From positions 152,994-216,993 of the forward strand of contig CAWDDA010000015.1 of assembly GCA_963800895.1 (NCBI GenBank): a stretch of 64,000 nucleotides of DNA, in the 5' to 3' direction. Origin of the DNA: an uncultured Acidobacteriota bacterium. GTDB lineage: Bacteria > Acidobacteriota > Blastocatellia > RBC074. A program made the translations under genes and the position numbers. The first letter of the stretch is position 1. Each line of letters opens with the position of its first letter. This document shows, one piece after another, positions 56,562-64,000 of this stretch. The notes beneath the pieces are model-generated. The model searched no databases. It saw nothing but the letters and a program-made list of their open reading frames with translations, and was not told the DNA's origin.

Positions 56562-57644
56562 GTGATCGGGGGAGTAGTTTCCGGAAGCAAGCTAATGATA
56601 AACGGCAAGACCGTTCCGGATGCCCAGCTTGCACAAAACGAAGAAGAGGGAAAGATAACAATAAGCAAGTTGCCTGAAGGAGAGCACGATATCACTCTGG
56701 AAAAGGCCGGATACGATATCTGGAGAAAAAGCATCCGCGTCATCCCGGGCCGTTCGGTTCCGGAGTCTGCAGAAATGAAGCGCGCCACTATCACATTGAC
56801 TATACGTTCACTTACGGGTGCGCGCGTCAATGTCGATCGAATCGACCGAGGAACGATACAGCCTGACGGTACGCTGGTTATCTCTGAGCTAGAGCCGGGC
56901 GAGCACAACCTTCGCTTGTCGCTCGAGGGATACGATGACGCTCAGCAAACTTTGCCCCTCAATCTGGCGAACCGAAAGCCGGTTATTCCAATCGAGCTCA
57001 GGCGTACACCGGAATCTGTAGAAGCCTCGGAGGAGTTTATTACCGGGGCCAGTCGATGGGTTGTACCATCAACCTGGCAGCTCGATAGAAAGGGCTTGAA
57101 CGTTTCCGGGCAAACTGTCGGTCTCTTCAAAGACCCGACTGAAAAGCGCGCGTTCAATTACTACGCTGATTTCGACATGAACTTTGATGCGCGATTTGAG
57201 AATGGACGCGGTGTGGCATGGATCGCTCGAGCAAAGGATGACAGGAACTATTATATGTTTCAGCTCTCGACTGAATCAGTTTCGGCGGCTCGGGCACGGA
57301 TGAGCTTTTTCATTTGCAGGGAAGGGCGTTGTGAGCTCAAAGACAGCCGTCCGGTCGTCGAGAAGCTCGACACTCCGAACGATTCGTATCACATCATTCT
57401 CGAAGCCCGTGGCTCGGAGTTTACCGTGCGCATTCGCGTTTTGAGCACGCCGAGACCGGACGATCCGCAAAAGCTGGCCGTCTTCAATGACGACACGTTT
57501 CAGATCGGGGGTATTGGCTTTCGCGGGTTTGATGATAGCCGGGCTTTAATTCAAAGCCTTATCGTACGACCAAAACCGAGAAGTACTAGTTTGGAGTTCA
57601 AGCTTTGGCTCGCCTGGGAACGCTGGCCTCTGGCCGGCGAGTGA
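56562..57644 (+). CDS. PEGA-domain protein, C-terminal fragment with jelly-roll (LamG/DUF1080-like) domain
   Basis: The PEGA-like units are ISKLPEGEHDITLEKAGYD and ISELEPGEHNLRLSLEGYD. The C-terminal beta-sandwich-like region is uncertain. The last 18 codons (LEFKLWLAWERWPLAGE) are read from the repeat element. Confidence 0.55.
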   Translation: MIGGVVSGSKLMINGKTVPDAQLAQNEEEGKITISKLPEGEHDITLEKAGYDIWRKSIRVIPGRSVPESAEMKRATITLTIRSLTGARVNVDRIDRGTIQPDGTLVISELEPGEHNLRLSLEGYDDAQQTLPLNLANRKPVIPIELRRTPESVEASEEFITGASRWVVPSTWQLDRKGLNVSGQTVGLFKDPTEKRAFNYYADFDMNFDARFENGRGVAWIARAKDDRNYYMFQLSTESVSAARARMSFFICREGRCELKDSRPVVEKLDTPNDSYHIILEARGSEFTVRIRVLSTPRPDDPQKLAVFNDDTFQIGGIGFRGFDDSRALIQSLIVRPKPRSTSLEFKLWLAWERWPLAGE

Positions 57645-57692
57645 TTGCGAAGAAACGCCGGCCAGAGGCAGCGTTCCCAGAGCCCCAAACTC
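57590..57692. repeat. Family-A half element + family-C palindrome
   Basis: TTTGGAGTTCAAGCTTTGGCT lies at 57590-57610. The family-C arms are CCTGGGAACGCTGGCCTCTGGCCGGCG (57613-57639) and CGCCGGCCAGAGGCAGCGTTCCCAG (57656-57680). Confidence 0.9.
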
Positions 57693-57710
57693 AGAAACAG
57701 GAGACGCGAA

Positions 57711-58613
57711 ATGAACCGTAGATGCACCGTGTCGATCGTATTTCTTCTCACACTGCTGACCAGTGTTGGGTTGGCTCAGAGTCCGGCCATTGCTAAAAAA
57801 CAGGTAGATGTCTTTGGCCAGCGCATCAACTATCTCGAAGCGGGTTCGGGGCCCGCGGTCATCCTGCTGCATGGGCTCGGAGGCGACTCCACAAACTGGG
57901 CGGCCACTGTGCCGGCGCTCGCTCAGAAGTTCAAAGTGTACGTTCCGGACCAGATTGGATTTGGAGAGTCAGCGAAGCCTCTTATCAACTATCGTGTAGC
58001 CACGCTCGTCGACTTCCTCAATGAATTCTATGTAAAAGCCGGTATCACCCGCGCATCGCTTGTGGGAAACTCGCTTGGTGGTTGGACTGCTGCAGCCTTC
58101 GCGCTCGCGCACCCGGACAAAGTAGAACGCCTGGTCCTGGTAGCGGCCGCAGGTTACTCCACGTCACGGACCGGTACGCAGGCACTGTCCAGAGAACAGA
58201 TGCTTCAGTTGAATCCATCAACGCTTGCAGGAATGAAAACCCTGCTGAGTGCTGTCTTCTACAACAAGCAGATGCTCACTGATCCGTTCATTGCACAGGC
58301 ATTCGCGAGCCGGATGACGAAGAACGACGGCTACACGGTGAATATGTTCATCGATTCGATTCTCAGAGGAGAAGACATTTTTGATGGAAAGCTGGGAGCT
58401 ATAAAGGCTCCGACCCTGATCGTCTGGGGCAGGGAGGATGCACTTACCCCGCTCGCTATGGGAAAGGCCTTCTCGGAGGACATCCGCGGGTCCGAGTTGT
58501 TTATCATCGACAAATGCGGGCACGTTCCACAGACGGAATCACCGTTAGTATTCAATCAAAAAGTGAGTTCGTTCCTTTCGGCTGCTCAGGGCGCGGCGGC
58601 GTCGTCTAAATAG
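57711..58613 (+). CDS. Secreted alpha/beta-fold hydrolase
   Basis: The AGGAGA RBS lies at 57699-57704. It has a signal peptide. ILLHGLGGDSTNW and the GNSLGG nucleophile elbow are present, and KCGHVPQ carries the catalytic His. Confidence 0.8.
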   Translation: MNRRCTVSIVFLLTLLTSVGLAQSPAIAKKQVDVFGQRINYLEAGSGPAVILLHGLGGDSTNWAATVPALAQKFKVYVPDQIGFGESAKPLINYRVATLVDFLNEFYVKAGITRASLVGNSLGGWTAAAFALAHPDKVERLVLVAAAGYSTSRTGTQALSREQMLQLNPSTLAGMKTLLSAVFYNKQMLTDPFIAQAFASRMTKNDGYTVNMFIDSILRGEDIFDGKLGAIKAPTLIVWGREDALTPLAMGKAFSEDIRGSELFIIDKCGHVPQTESPLVFNQKVSSFLSAAQGAAASSK

Positions 58614-58618
58614 GTGCA

Positions 58619-58999
58619 ATGGAGTCGGCTCTCAAGGCGCGGGTGTATCTTGCAGCGGGTTTTCTGTTTGTAGGCCTTGGTGTTGCCGGGATACCTCTTC
58701 CGCTGTTACCGACGACCCCCTTTCTGCTGGTTGCCGCCTACTGCTTCGCGCGCGGCAGCAAGAAATGGCACGAATGGCTGGTGACTCATCGCGTTCTTGG
58801 TATATACATCGCCGCATTTCGTGAAAGACGCGGGTTGACTCGCGGTCAGAAGGTGAGGGCCGCAATTGTCGTTACTCTGACGTTGCTCATAACCGCCATC
58901 TTTTCACCTTTATTGGTCGGCAAGTTGCTCGCTGGTTTCATATGGGTTACCAGTATGATCGCGCTCTATCTTTTTCGCAGCGCCGAATCGACAAAATAA
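58619..58999 (+). CDS. DUF454 (YbaN-like) inner-membrane protein
   Basis: 126 aa. GIPLPLLPTTPFLLVAAYCFARGSKKWHEWL is the typical YbaN N-terminus. Confidence 0.7.
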   Translation: MESALKARVYLAAGFLFVGLGVAGIPLPLLPTTPFLLVAAYCFARGSKKWHEWLVTHRVLGIYIAAFRERRGLTRGQKVRAAIVVTLTLLITAIFSPLLVGKLLAGFIWVTSMIALYLFRSAESTK

Positions 59000-59000
59000 T

Positions 59001-59777
59001 ATGCAAGCCGAAGACTACGCCTACATGTATGATCTCGAAAAACATTTCTGGTGGTTCGCAGGAATGCGCGAGATTACTGGAATTCTCCTCGATCGCGAAT
59101 GCGGTCCGGCGCGAGACCGGCGCATTCTTGATGCCGGGTGCGGCACTGGAGCCAACGTTGAATGGCTCGCGCGCTATGCCGGAAAAGGCAGGGTCATAGG
59201 TATTGATCTGGTCTCCACGGCGCTGGGATTCTGCAGGCAACGAGCGCTGGATGGGCTGGTTCAAGCGTCAGCGACGCACCTCCCTTTTGGAGACGAGACA
59301 TTCGACCTGGTTACAAGCTTCGACGTGCTCGTTCAGATTGAAGGAGAGGGCAATGATGATCGAGCCATCAGCGAAATGTATCGCGTTCTCAAACCCGGTG
59401 GGATTGCATTTGTTCGCGGCGCTGCTTATGGATGGATGCGCAGCGGGCACGACCAGGCGCTGGGCACTCAGCGGCGTTACAATCTCGGCGAGCTGAAAGA
59501 AAAGATCGAACGTCCGGGCTTCACCGTTCTGCGCACAACGTACGCTAATTCGCTTGCTTTCCCGCTCGTTCTGTTGCGGAGACTCGTGCTGAAGCCTGTT
59601 GGCCTGGCAGACCGTGGTTCAGACGTCAAACCTCTGCCACCCGGGCTGGAATGGCTTAACAGGATTCTGACGAATGGACTGCGAACTGAGGCGCGCTATC
59701 TGAAAGACCCGCAGGCAAGCCTTCCTGCAGGGCTTTCGGCTATCTGCATTGCCCGCAAACCGCTGCGAGCAAGCTAA
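59001..59777 (+). CDS. Class I SAM-dependent methyltransferase
   Basis: ILDAGCGTGAN is motif I, and FDLVTSFDVL and LKPGG follow. The stop TAA lies in a family-A half element. Confidence 0.8.
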   Translation: MQAEDYAYMYDLEKHFWWFAGMREITGILLDRECGPARDRRILDAGCGTGANVEWLARYAGKGRVIGIDLVSTALGFCRQRALDGLVQASATHLPFGDETFDLVTSFDVLVQIEGEGNDDRAISEMYRVLKPGGIAFVRGAAYGWMRSGHDQALGTQRRYNLGELKEKIERPGFTVLRTTYANSLAFPLVLLRRLVLKPVGLADRGSDVKPLPPGLEWLNRILTNGLRTEARYLKDPQASLPAGLSAICIARKPLRAS

Positions 59778-59790
59778 ATCTTGAACTCGA
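59765..59790. repeat. Solo family-A half element shared by two convergent gene ends
   Basis: GAGCAAGCTAAATCTTGAACTCGAAA contains the TAA stop of the plus-strand methyltransferase. On the other strand it contains ...FEFKI-TAG of the aminotransferase. Confidence 0.8.
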
Positions 59791-60886
59791 AACGTCGCAC
59801 TCCGTCGATTACTCGTTGGACTTCGTTATCGGTTAATTGCGGATAGAGTGGCAGTGAAAGAATCCTGCTTCCGACCTCTTCTGCAACAGGCAGGTTGCGG
59901 GTTGCTTTGTGCCTGAAAAGTGGCTGCTGATGAAGAAGGAATGGATAGTGAATCTGAGTTTCGATTCCGCTACGTTCGAGGTGGGCTCTCAACTGATCTC
60001 GCATCAAGTGCTGGATGACGTAAAGGTGATAGACATGGTCAGAGGACTTTCGCGCGAAGGGGATTGCCAGTCCAGTGACATCGCGCAAGGCTTCGTCATA
60101 TTGCCGCGCAATGTCCTTTCTTCTCAGATTCCATCGGTTCAGGTGTCGCAGCTTGACACTCAGAACTGCCGCCTGAATTTCATCGAGTCGCGAGCTGCGT
60201 CCCGCAATCTTTGCTTGCAATCCCGGCAGGTGGCCTCCTTGCCGTAGAAGTTTCACACGCTCGATGACATCCGCATCGTCTGCGACGACGGCCCCACCAT
60301 CACCGTAAGCTCCCAGGTTCTTCGTTGGATAGAAACTGTAAGCGGCAATGCGGCCTCGTCCACCTACGTTCGAGGCGGTACTGGGTGCACCATGAGCCTG
60401 AGCAGCATCCTCGATGACAAACAGGTCGTGCCGCGAGGCAACGTCGTAGATCGCAGTCATGTCAGCCATCTGTCCATAAAGATGCACGGGGACAATGGCT
60501 CGTGTGCGTGGTGTGACTGCGGTTTCAACCGCGTGAGGATCGAGCGTGCAGGTCTGCCCGTTTATGTCAGCAAAGACCGGCGTTGCTCCGGCGTTCACGA
60601 TTGCGAGCGCCGTGTAGCCGGCAGTTAGAGGTGAGGTGATAACTTCGTCGTCCTGACCTTGCCTGACGGCTCCCGACGCAATCAGCGCCAGCGTAAGAGC
60701 ATCAGTTCCGCTTGCTACTGAGGCACAGAATCCCGTTCTGCAATAGCTCGCCCACTCTTCCTCAAAAGCTGTAACTTCGCTGCCGAGAATGTAGACGCCG
60801 CTCGCCAGCGCTCGTTCAAGCGCTGGCAGGACTTCCGCCTCAAGTTCCTGATGTTGTCGTTTGAGGTTGAGAAACGAGATCCGCAT
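59774..60886 (-). CDS. DegT/DnrJ/EryC1/StrS family sugar aminotransferase
   Basis: The N-terminus is MRISFLNLKRQHQELEAEV. SGTDAL and SFYPTKNLGAYGDGG (PLP-Lys region) are present. ATG 60886 is preferred over the longer track ORF. Confidence 0.85.
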   Translation of the reverse strand: MRISFLNLKRQHQELEAEVLPALERALASGVYILGSEVTAFEEEWASYCRTGFCASVASGTDALTLALIASGAVRQGQDDEVITSPLTAGYTALAIVNAGATPVFADINGQTCTLDPHAVETAVTPRTRAIVPVHLYGQMADMTAIYDVASRHDLFVIEDAAQAHGAPSTASNVGGRGRIAAYSFYPTKNLGAYGDGGAVVADDADVIERVKLLRQGGHLPGLQAKIAGRSSRLDEIQAAVLSVKLRHLNRWNLRRKDIARQYDEALRDVTGLAIPFARKSSDHVYHLYVIQHLMRDQLRAHLERSGIETQIHYPFLLHQQPLFRHKATRNLPVAEEVGSRILSLPLYPQLTDNEVQRVIDGVRRFEFKI

Positions 60887-61889
60887 TAGGGTACCAATAG
60901 TGATCGCGGTGCTTGCGGTAGAACTCGACAGTGCGCGCAAGTCCAGTGCGCAATGAGACCTTCGGGCGCCACCCGAGTGCACTCTCGATCTTTTGGTAGC
61001 TGGAGAAGCAGTTCCCTATATCGATGAGTTGACGTTCAGGAGGAAAGGGAACGCTGCGTACCGAGCCACTTCCTGTCAAAATGATCAGTTCTTCTGCCAG
61101 CTCGGCAAGGCTGATTGGCCGCTCGCTTCCAAGATTGAATGTCTCACCCTCGGCTGCTTCACTTACTCCCGCGAGAAGCAGGGCATCGATGACGTCATCA
61201 ACATAGTTCAGGTCTCGCCGTTGCTTCCCGCCGCCGAACAATTCAATCACCCCGCCGTCCATTGCCTGTCGGATAAACCAGGGAACGAAGCCGTGGCGGT
61301 CATGCTGAATCAGCTGTCGGGGGCCGTAGGTATTGCTCAGGCGAAGGCAGGCAGACCGTAATCCATAAGCACGGTGATAAAGCAGATGATAGCTCTCGGC
61401 CGCCAGCTTGTTGATACCATTGATATCGAGAGGCATTACTCGATGCTGTTCGTCAACCGGTAGATAAACAGGTCGACCATAAACCTGTCTTGTACTCGTG
61501 AAAACTATCTTCACGTGCGGGTTGAACATGCGGCAGGCTTCGAGAAGCACGAGTTGCGCTGAGCAGTTCAACTCAAGATCACGTGGCGGATTGAGCATCG
61601 AGTCTATATGGCTGACACTCCCCGCCAGATTGAAGATATAGTCGACTCCGCCGACGAGATGATTGATGACCGAACTGTCACCTATATCGGCCAGGCGGAC
61701 CTCGACACGATCCTTGATCGAGTCAATGTTGAACAGGTTGCCGCCCTGATCGGGCAGAAGCGCATCAATGATGGTTATCTCGACATCTCCAAGCTGCACG
61801 AGGCGGGATGCCAGCGTGCTGCCGATGAATCCGAGTCCGCCAGTAATCAGAACAGAACGACCTTTGTACTTGTTGAGAGGAGCAGACAT
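60840..61889 (-). CDS. NAD-dependent nucleotide-sugar epimerase/dehydratase (extended SDR)
   Basis: VLITGGLGFIGS is the Rossmann motif, STRQVYG follows, and the YxxxK region reads ESYHLLYHRAY. 349 aa. Confidence 0.85.
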   Translation of the reverse strand: MSAPLNKYKGRSVLITGGLGFIGSTLASRLVQLGDVEITIIDALLPDQGGNLFNIDSIKDRVEVRLADIGDSSVINHLVGGVDYIFNLAGSVSHIDSMLNPPRDLELNCSAQLVLLEACRMFNPHVKIVFTSTRQVYGRPVYLPVDEQHRVMPLDINGINKLAAESYHLLYHRAYGLRSACLRLSNTYGPRQLIQHDRHGFVPWFIRQAMDGGVIELFGGGKQRRDLNYVDDVIDALLLAGVSEAAEGETFNLGSERPISLAELAEELIILTGSGSVRSVPFPPERQLIDIGNCFSSYQKIESALGWRPKVSLRTGLARTVEFYRKHRDHYWYPNADLVSQPQTTTSGT

Positions 61890-61959
61890 ATGTAACGTTG
61901 ACTCCAGTTCGAATCCGAGTCCCGGTCACATCGAAACGGGAAACAGATTCTAGAAGGGT

Positions 61960-62754
61960 CTATAAAACGCGCTGTCCATCCCTTGTCGCATTGCTTCGAC
62001 TGGGGCTCGTTCGGAAAGCAAAAACCGGGCGGACGACCAACCTCAGCCAGAGACGCACGAAATCAAGCGCAGTCCGCGCCACACGCCTCAGAGTGAAAAA
62101 CTGTGATTTTCCCGCTGTTCGCGGGAAATGATGAACCGGCACTTCAGCGAAAACGGCACCGGAGGTGTGAAGTTTGTGTACCAGCTCAACGCAAATTACT
62201 CCGCTTGATGCACCAAGCTCTATCCTCTCCATCGCCCTGCGTCTGATCAGGCGGAAGTCACAATCCACGTCGCGGATTGGGAGCCGGAAAACCAGATGTG
62301 CCAGCCTGTTATAAATCCCACCCAGAAGCAGTCGGGAAAACGTATCCACACGTTTTATCTTATACCCGTTGACGATGTCAATCTCGGCTCCCAGAAGTGG
62401 ATGCAGGAGTGCCAGTTCGCGGACATCGTACTGACCGTCTCCATCTGTGTAGAAGATCAGATCTTTGGACGCGTTGTTAAAGCCAGTGCGTAAAGCAGCG
62501 CCATACCCCTGATTGGATTTATGATGGATCACGCGAATCCGGGGATTTTGTTTTGCCAATCTCTCCAGAATCTCGCCTGTTTCATCGACGCTCCCATCGT
62601 TGATCACGAGCACTTCGTAATCATCTGTAAAAGTCGAGAGCACGTTAAGCGCAGTCGTCGACAGGTCCGCAATCGTCGCGGCATCGTTGTAAGCTGGAAA
62701 GAAGGCGCTAATGCTCTCCTTCTTTCCCTTCTGCGATCTGCTGTCACCTGCCAT
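61960..62754 (-). CDS. GT2 family polyprenyl-phosphate glycosyltransferase (ArnC/GtrB/DPM1-like)
   Basis: SAFFPAYND, VLVINDGSVDET, YGAALRTGF and TDGDGQY (DxD) are present. Confidence 0.8.
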   Translation of the reverse strand: MAGDSRSQKGKKESISAFFPAYNDAATIADLSTTALNVLSTFTDDYEVLVINDGSVDETGEILERLAKQNPRIRVIHHKSNQGYGAALRTGFNNASKDLIFYTDGDGQYDVRELALLHPLLGAEIDIVNGYKIKRVDTFSRLLLGGIYNRLAHLVFRLPIRDVDCDFRLIRRRAMERIELGASSGVICVELVHKLHTSGAVFAEVPVHHFPRTAGKSQFFTLRRVARTALDFVRLWLRLVVRPVFAFRTSPSRSNATRDGQRVL

Positions 62755-62765
62755 GGATCACAAAC

Positions 62766-63656
62766 TCATGGATCACGAAGAAAAAGATAGACTGTGTGAA
62801 AGTCTTTTGGAGGCGGCTCTTTCATCTCGACTAGATGATAACCGGGAAGCGGACTCTTCACGTCAGTATGATAACTGATGATAGCTGCGTATTTCCTGGA
62901 TTTGAGAGCATCTTGAAGTGTTTGGTGCAGTTCTGGTGACCAGCCATCCTCGTATTGCATCCAGTCATCGAAATGATACTCACGCCCCGTTTGCGTCACC
63001 AGCTCCGGGAAGATACTGAAGCACAGGCTCCCGGGTGGAGCAGAACGGTCAAGAGTAGTCACCATCTCCTTGAAATATGGCAGCGCTTTCCACCTGTTGT
63101 GCTCGCCCCGCGCAACGCGAACAATCTGAACAGCGCCGGTGAGTGCGATCAGAACCATGAGAGCCGGATAAGCCCATTGTTTCAGGTAGCCCGACCGGTC
63201 GAGCCAGTCCCACGCAAGAGCAGCGACAAGAGACGCAATCAGCGCCGTCTCGAGATAGTAGTTGACCGCTGATCCATGCCGCGCCGATGATATGACCGAT
63301 TCAAGAACGGCCAGAATGAGATAACAGCCAGCTAACAATCTTGGGTCTCTAATCCACGACCAGTGAAACGGCCTGGACGCGAACCGAAAACTAAAGAGCG
63401 CGAGTAGCAATAGAAGAACCCACGTCGAAGGAGCCGTGAGTACGTCGAACGCTACTTTCGCTGTTCGCGCATATGTGAGGGGCAACTTCTGTGCATAGGT
63501 GAAATGCTGCCATAAGTATCCGGTCGAGCCTGAGGTCTTGGTCAAAAGGACCATCAACCCCGCAGTCAGCAAAACGGTCCCGAGGAAAACGAAAAGCGCG
63601 CGACGGTATTTGCCCTGCTGCCAGTATCGCGCTGCTGCGATGATGACAGGAATCAA
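62766..63656 (-). CDS. GT-C fold (ArnT/PMT-like) membrane glycosyltransferase, C-terminal fragment
   Basis: It has multiple TM helices followed by a soluble C-terminal domain. It is collinear with upstream fragments in other frames. Confidence 0.6.
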   Translation of the reverse strand: MIPVIIAAARYWQQGKYRRALFVFLGTVLLTAGLMVLLTKTSGSTGYLWQHFTYAQKLPLTYARTAKVAFDVLTAPSTWVLLLLLALFSFRFASRPFHWSWIRDPRLLAGCYLILAVLESVISSARHGSAVNYYLETALIASLVAALAWDWLDRSGYLKQWAYPALMVLIALTGAVQIVRVARGEHNRWKALPYFKEMVTTLDRSAPPGSLCFSIFPELVTQTGREYHFDDWMQYEDGWSPELHQTLQDALKSRKYAAIISYHTDVKSPLPGYHLVEMKEPPPKDFHTVYLFLRDP

Positions 63657-63744
63657 CGTCGTCAGCTTGCTGAAGAATGCCGCCGAGCAAAGCAGGATGA
63701 TTACGAGCGAGCGAAAAGTGATTCGATCACCCTTGCTATCAGGC

Positions 63745-64000
63745 TCAAACGCGAGCGTGACTGCCGCAAAGCCGAGGGCAATAGACAGCGCATCGGGCCT
63801 TTGAACGACCAGCCAGGCCTGGAGAGGGAAAGGTGGCGAGGTAGGCCAGCATTGCCAGCCACACTGGCTGCCATCGCCGCGTCATGACGAACGCCATCCT
63901 CCCAGCGCAAGCGAGACACACCAGGGTCGAAAGGAGAGAAAGAATTCGTCCAAACCATAATTGCAGCCCGAACAGCTTGGTTCCCACGCCGATGATCAGG
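63745..64000 (-). CDS. GT-C fold membrane glycosyltransferase, N-proximal fragment (runs off the window)
   Basis: The TM-rich piece is GTKLFGLQLWFGRILSLLSTLVCLACAGRMAFVMTRRWQPVWLAMLAYLATFP. The frame is open to the window end. It joins 63701-63958 and 62766-63656 only with a frameshift near 63830. Confidence 0.45.
   Translation of the reverse strand, partial: LIIGVGTKLFGLQLWFGRILSLLSTLVCLACAGRMAFVMTRRWQPVWLAMLAYLATFPSPGLAGRSKARCAVYCPRLCGSHARV

Overview
64-kb chromosomal window, most likely from an Acidobacteriota genome. That placement is an inference from domain architectures: a TIGR03437-type C-terminal domain, a giant CarboxypepD_reg/TonB-dependent-receptor-like outer-membrane protein, PEGA and kinase-FGE fusions, and many Tat- or Sec-exported hydrolases. 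I count about 55 protein-coding genes and found no rRNA, tRNA or CRISPR array.

Gene content:
- Housekeeping: hemC-hemD-murA, murB, PBP4, a sigma-54 response regulator.
- Secreted peptidases: DPP-IV, S8, S41 and an M16 pair.
- A MacB-type ABC exporter with a LolA-like protein.
- An Arn-like aminosugar/polyprenyl-phosphate/GT-C cluster.

Four things stand out:
1. A stand-alone radical-SAM gene (24503-26536) has the Cys-motif layout I associate with tetraether/membrane-spanning lipid synthase (Tes/GDGT-MAS, COG1964).
2. Nearly every gene 3' end is followed by a modular nested palindromic element. Several sequence families occur, some with 7-nt-periodic stems, and several supply the stop codon or last residues of flanking genes.
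3. A divergent four-gene cluster encodes exported proteins: DUF362, RidA and a SelA-like PLP enzyme with Tat signals, plus an unknown protein.
4. The block from about 38.6 to 50.0 kb is packed with indel-type frameshifts. It holds a fragmented CarH/LitR-like B12 regulator next to a near-consensus promoter with 3x9-bp direct repeats, fasciclin, lipocalin and SDR pseudogenes, and an IS4-like transposase remnant.

All functional calls rest on motif recognition by eye. No searches were run.
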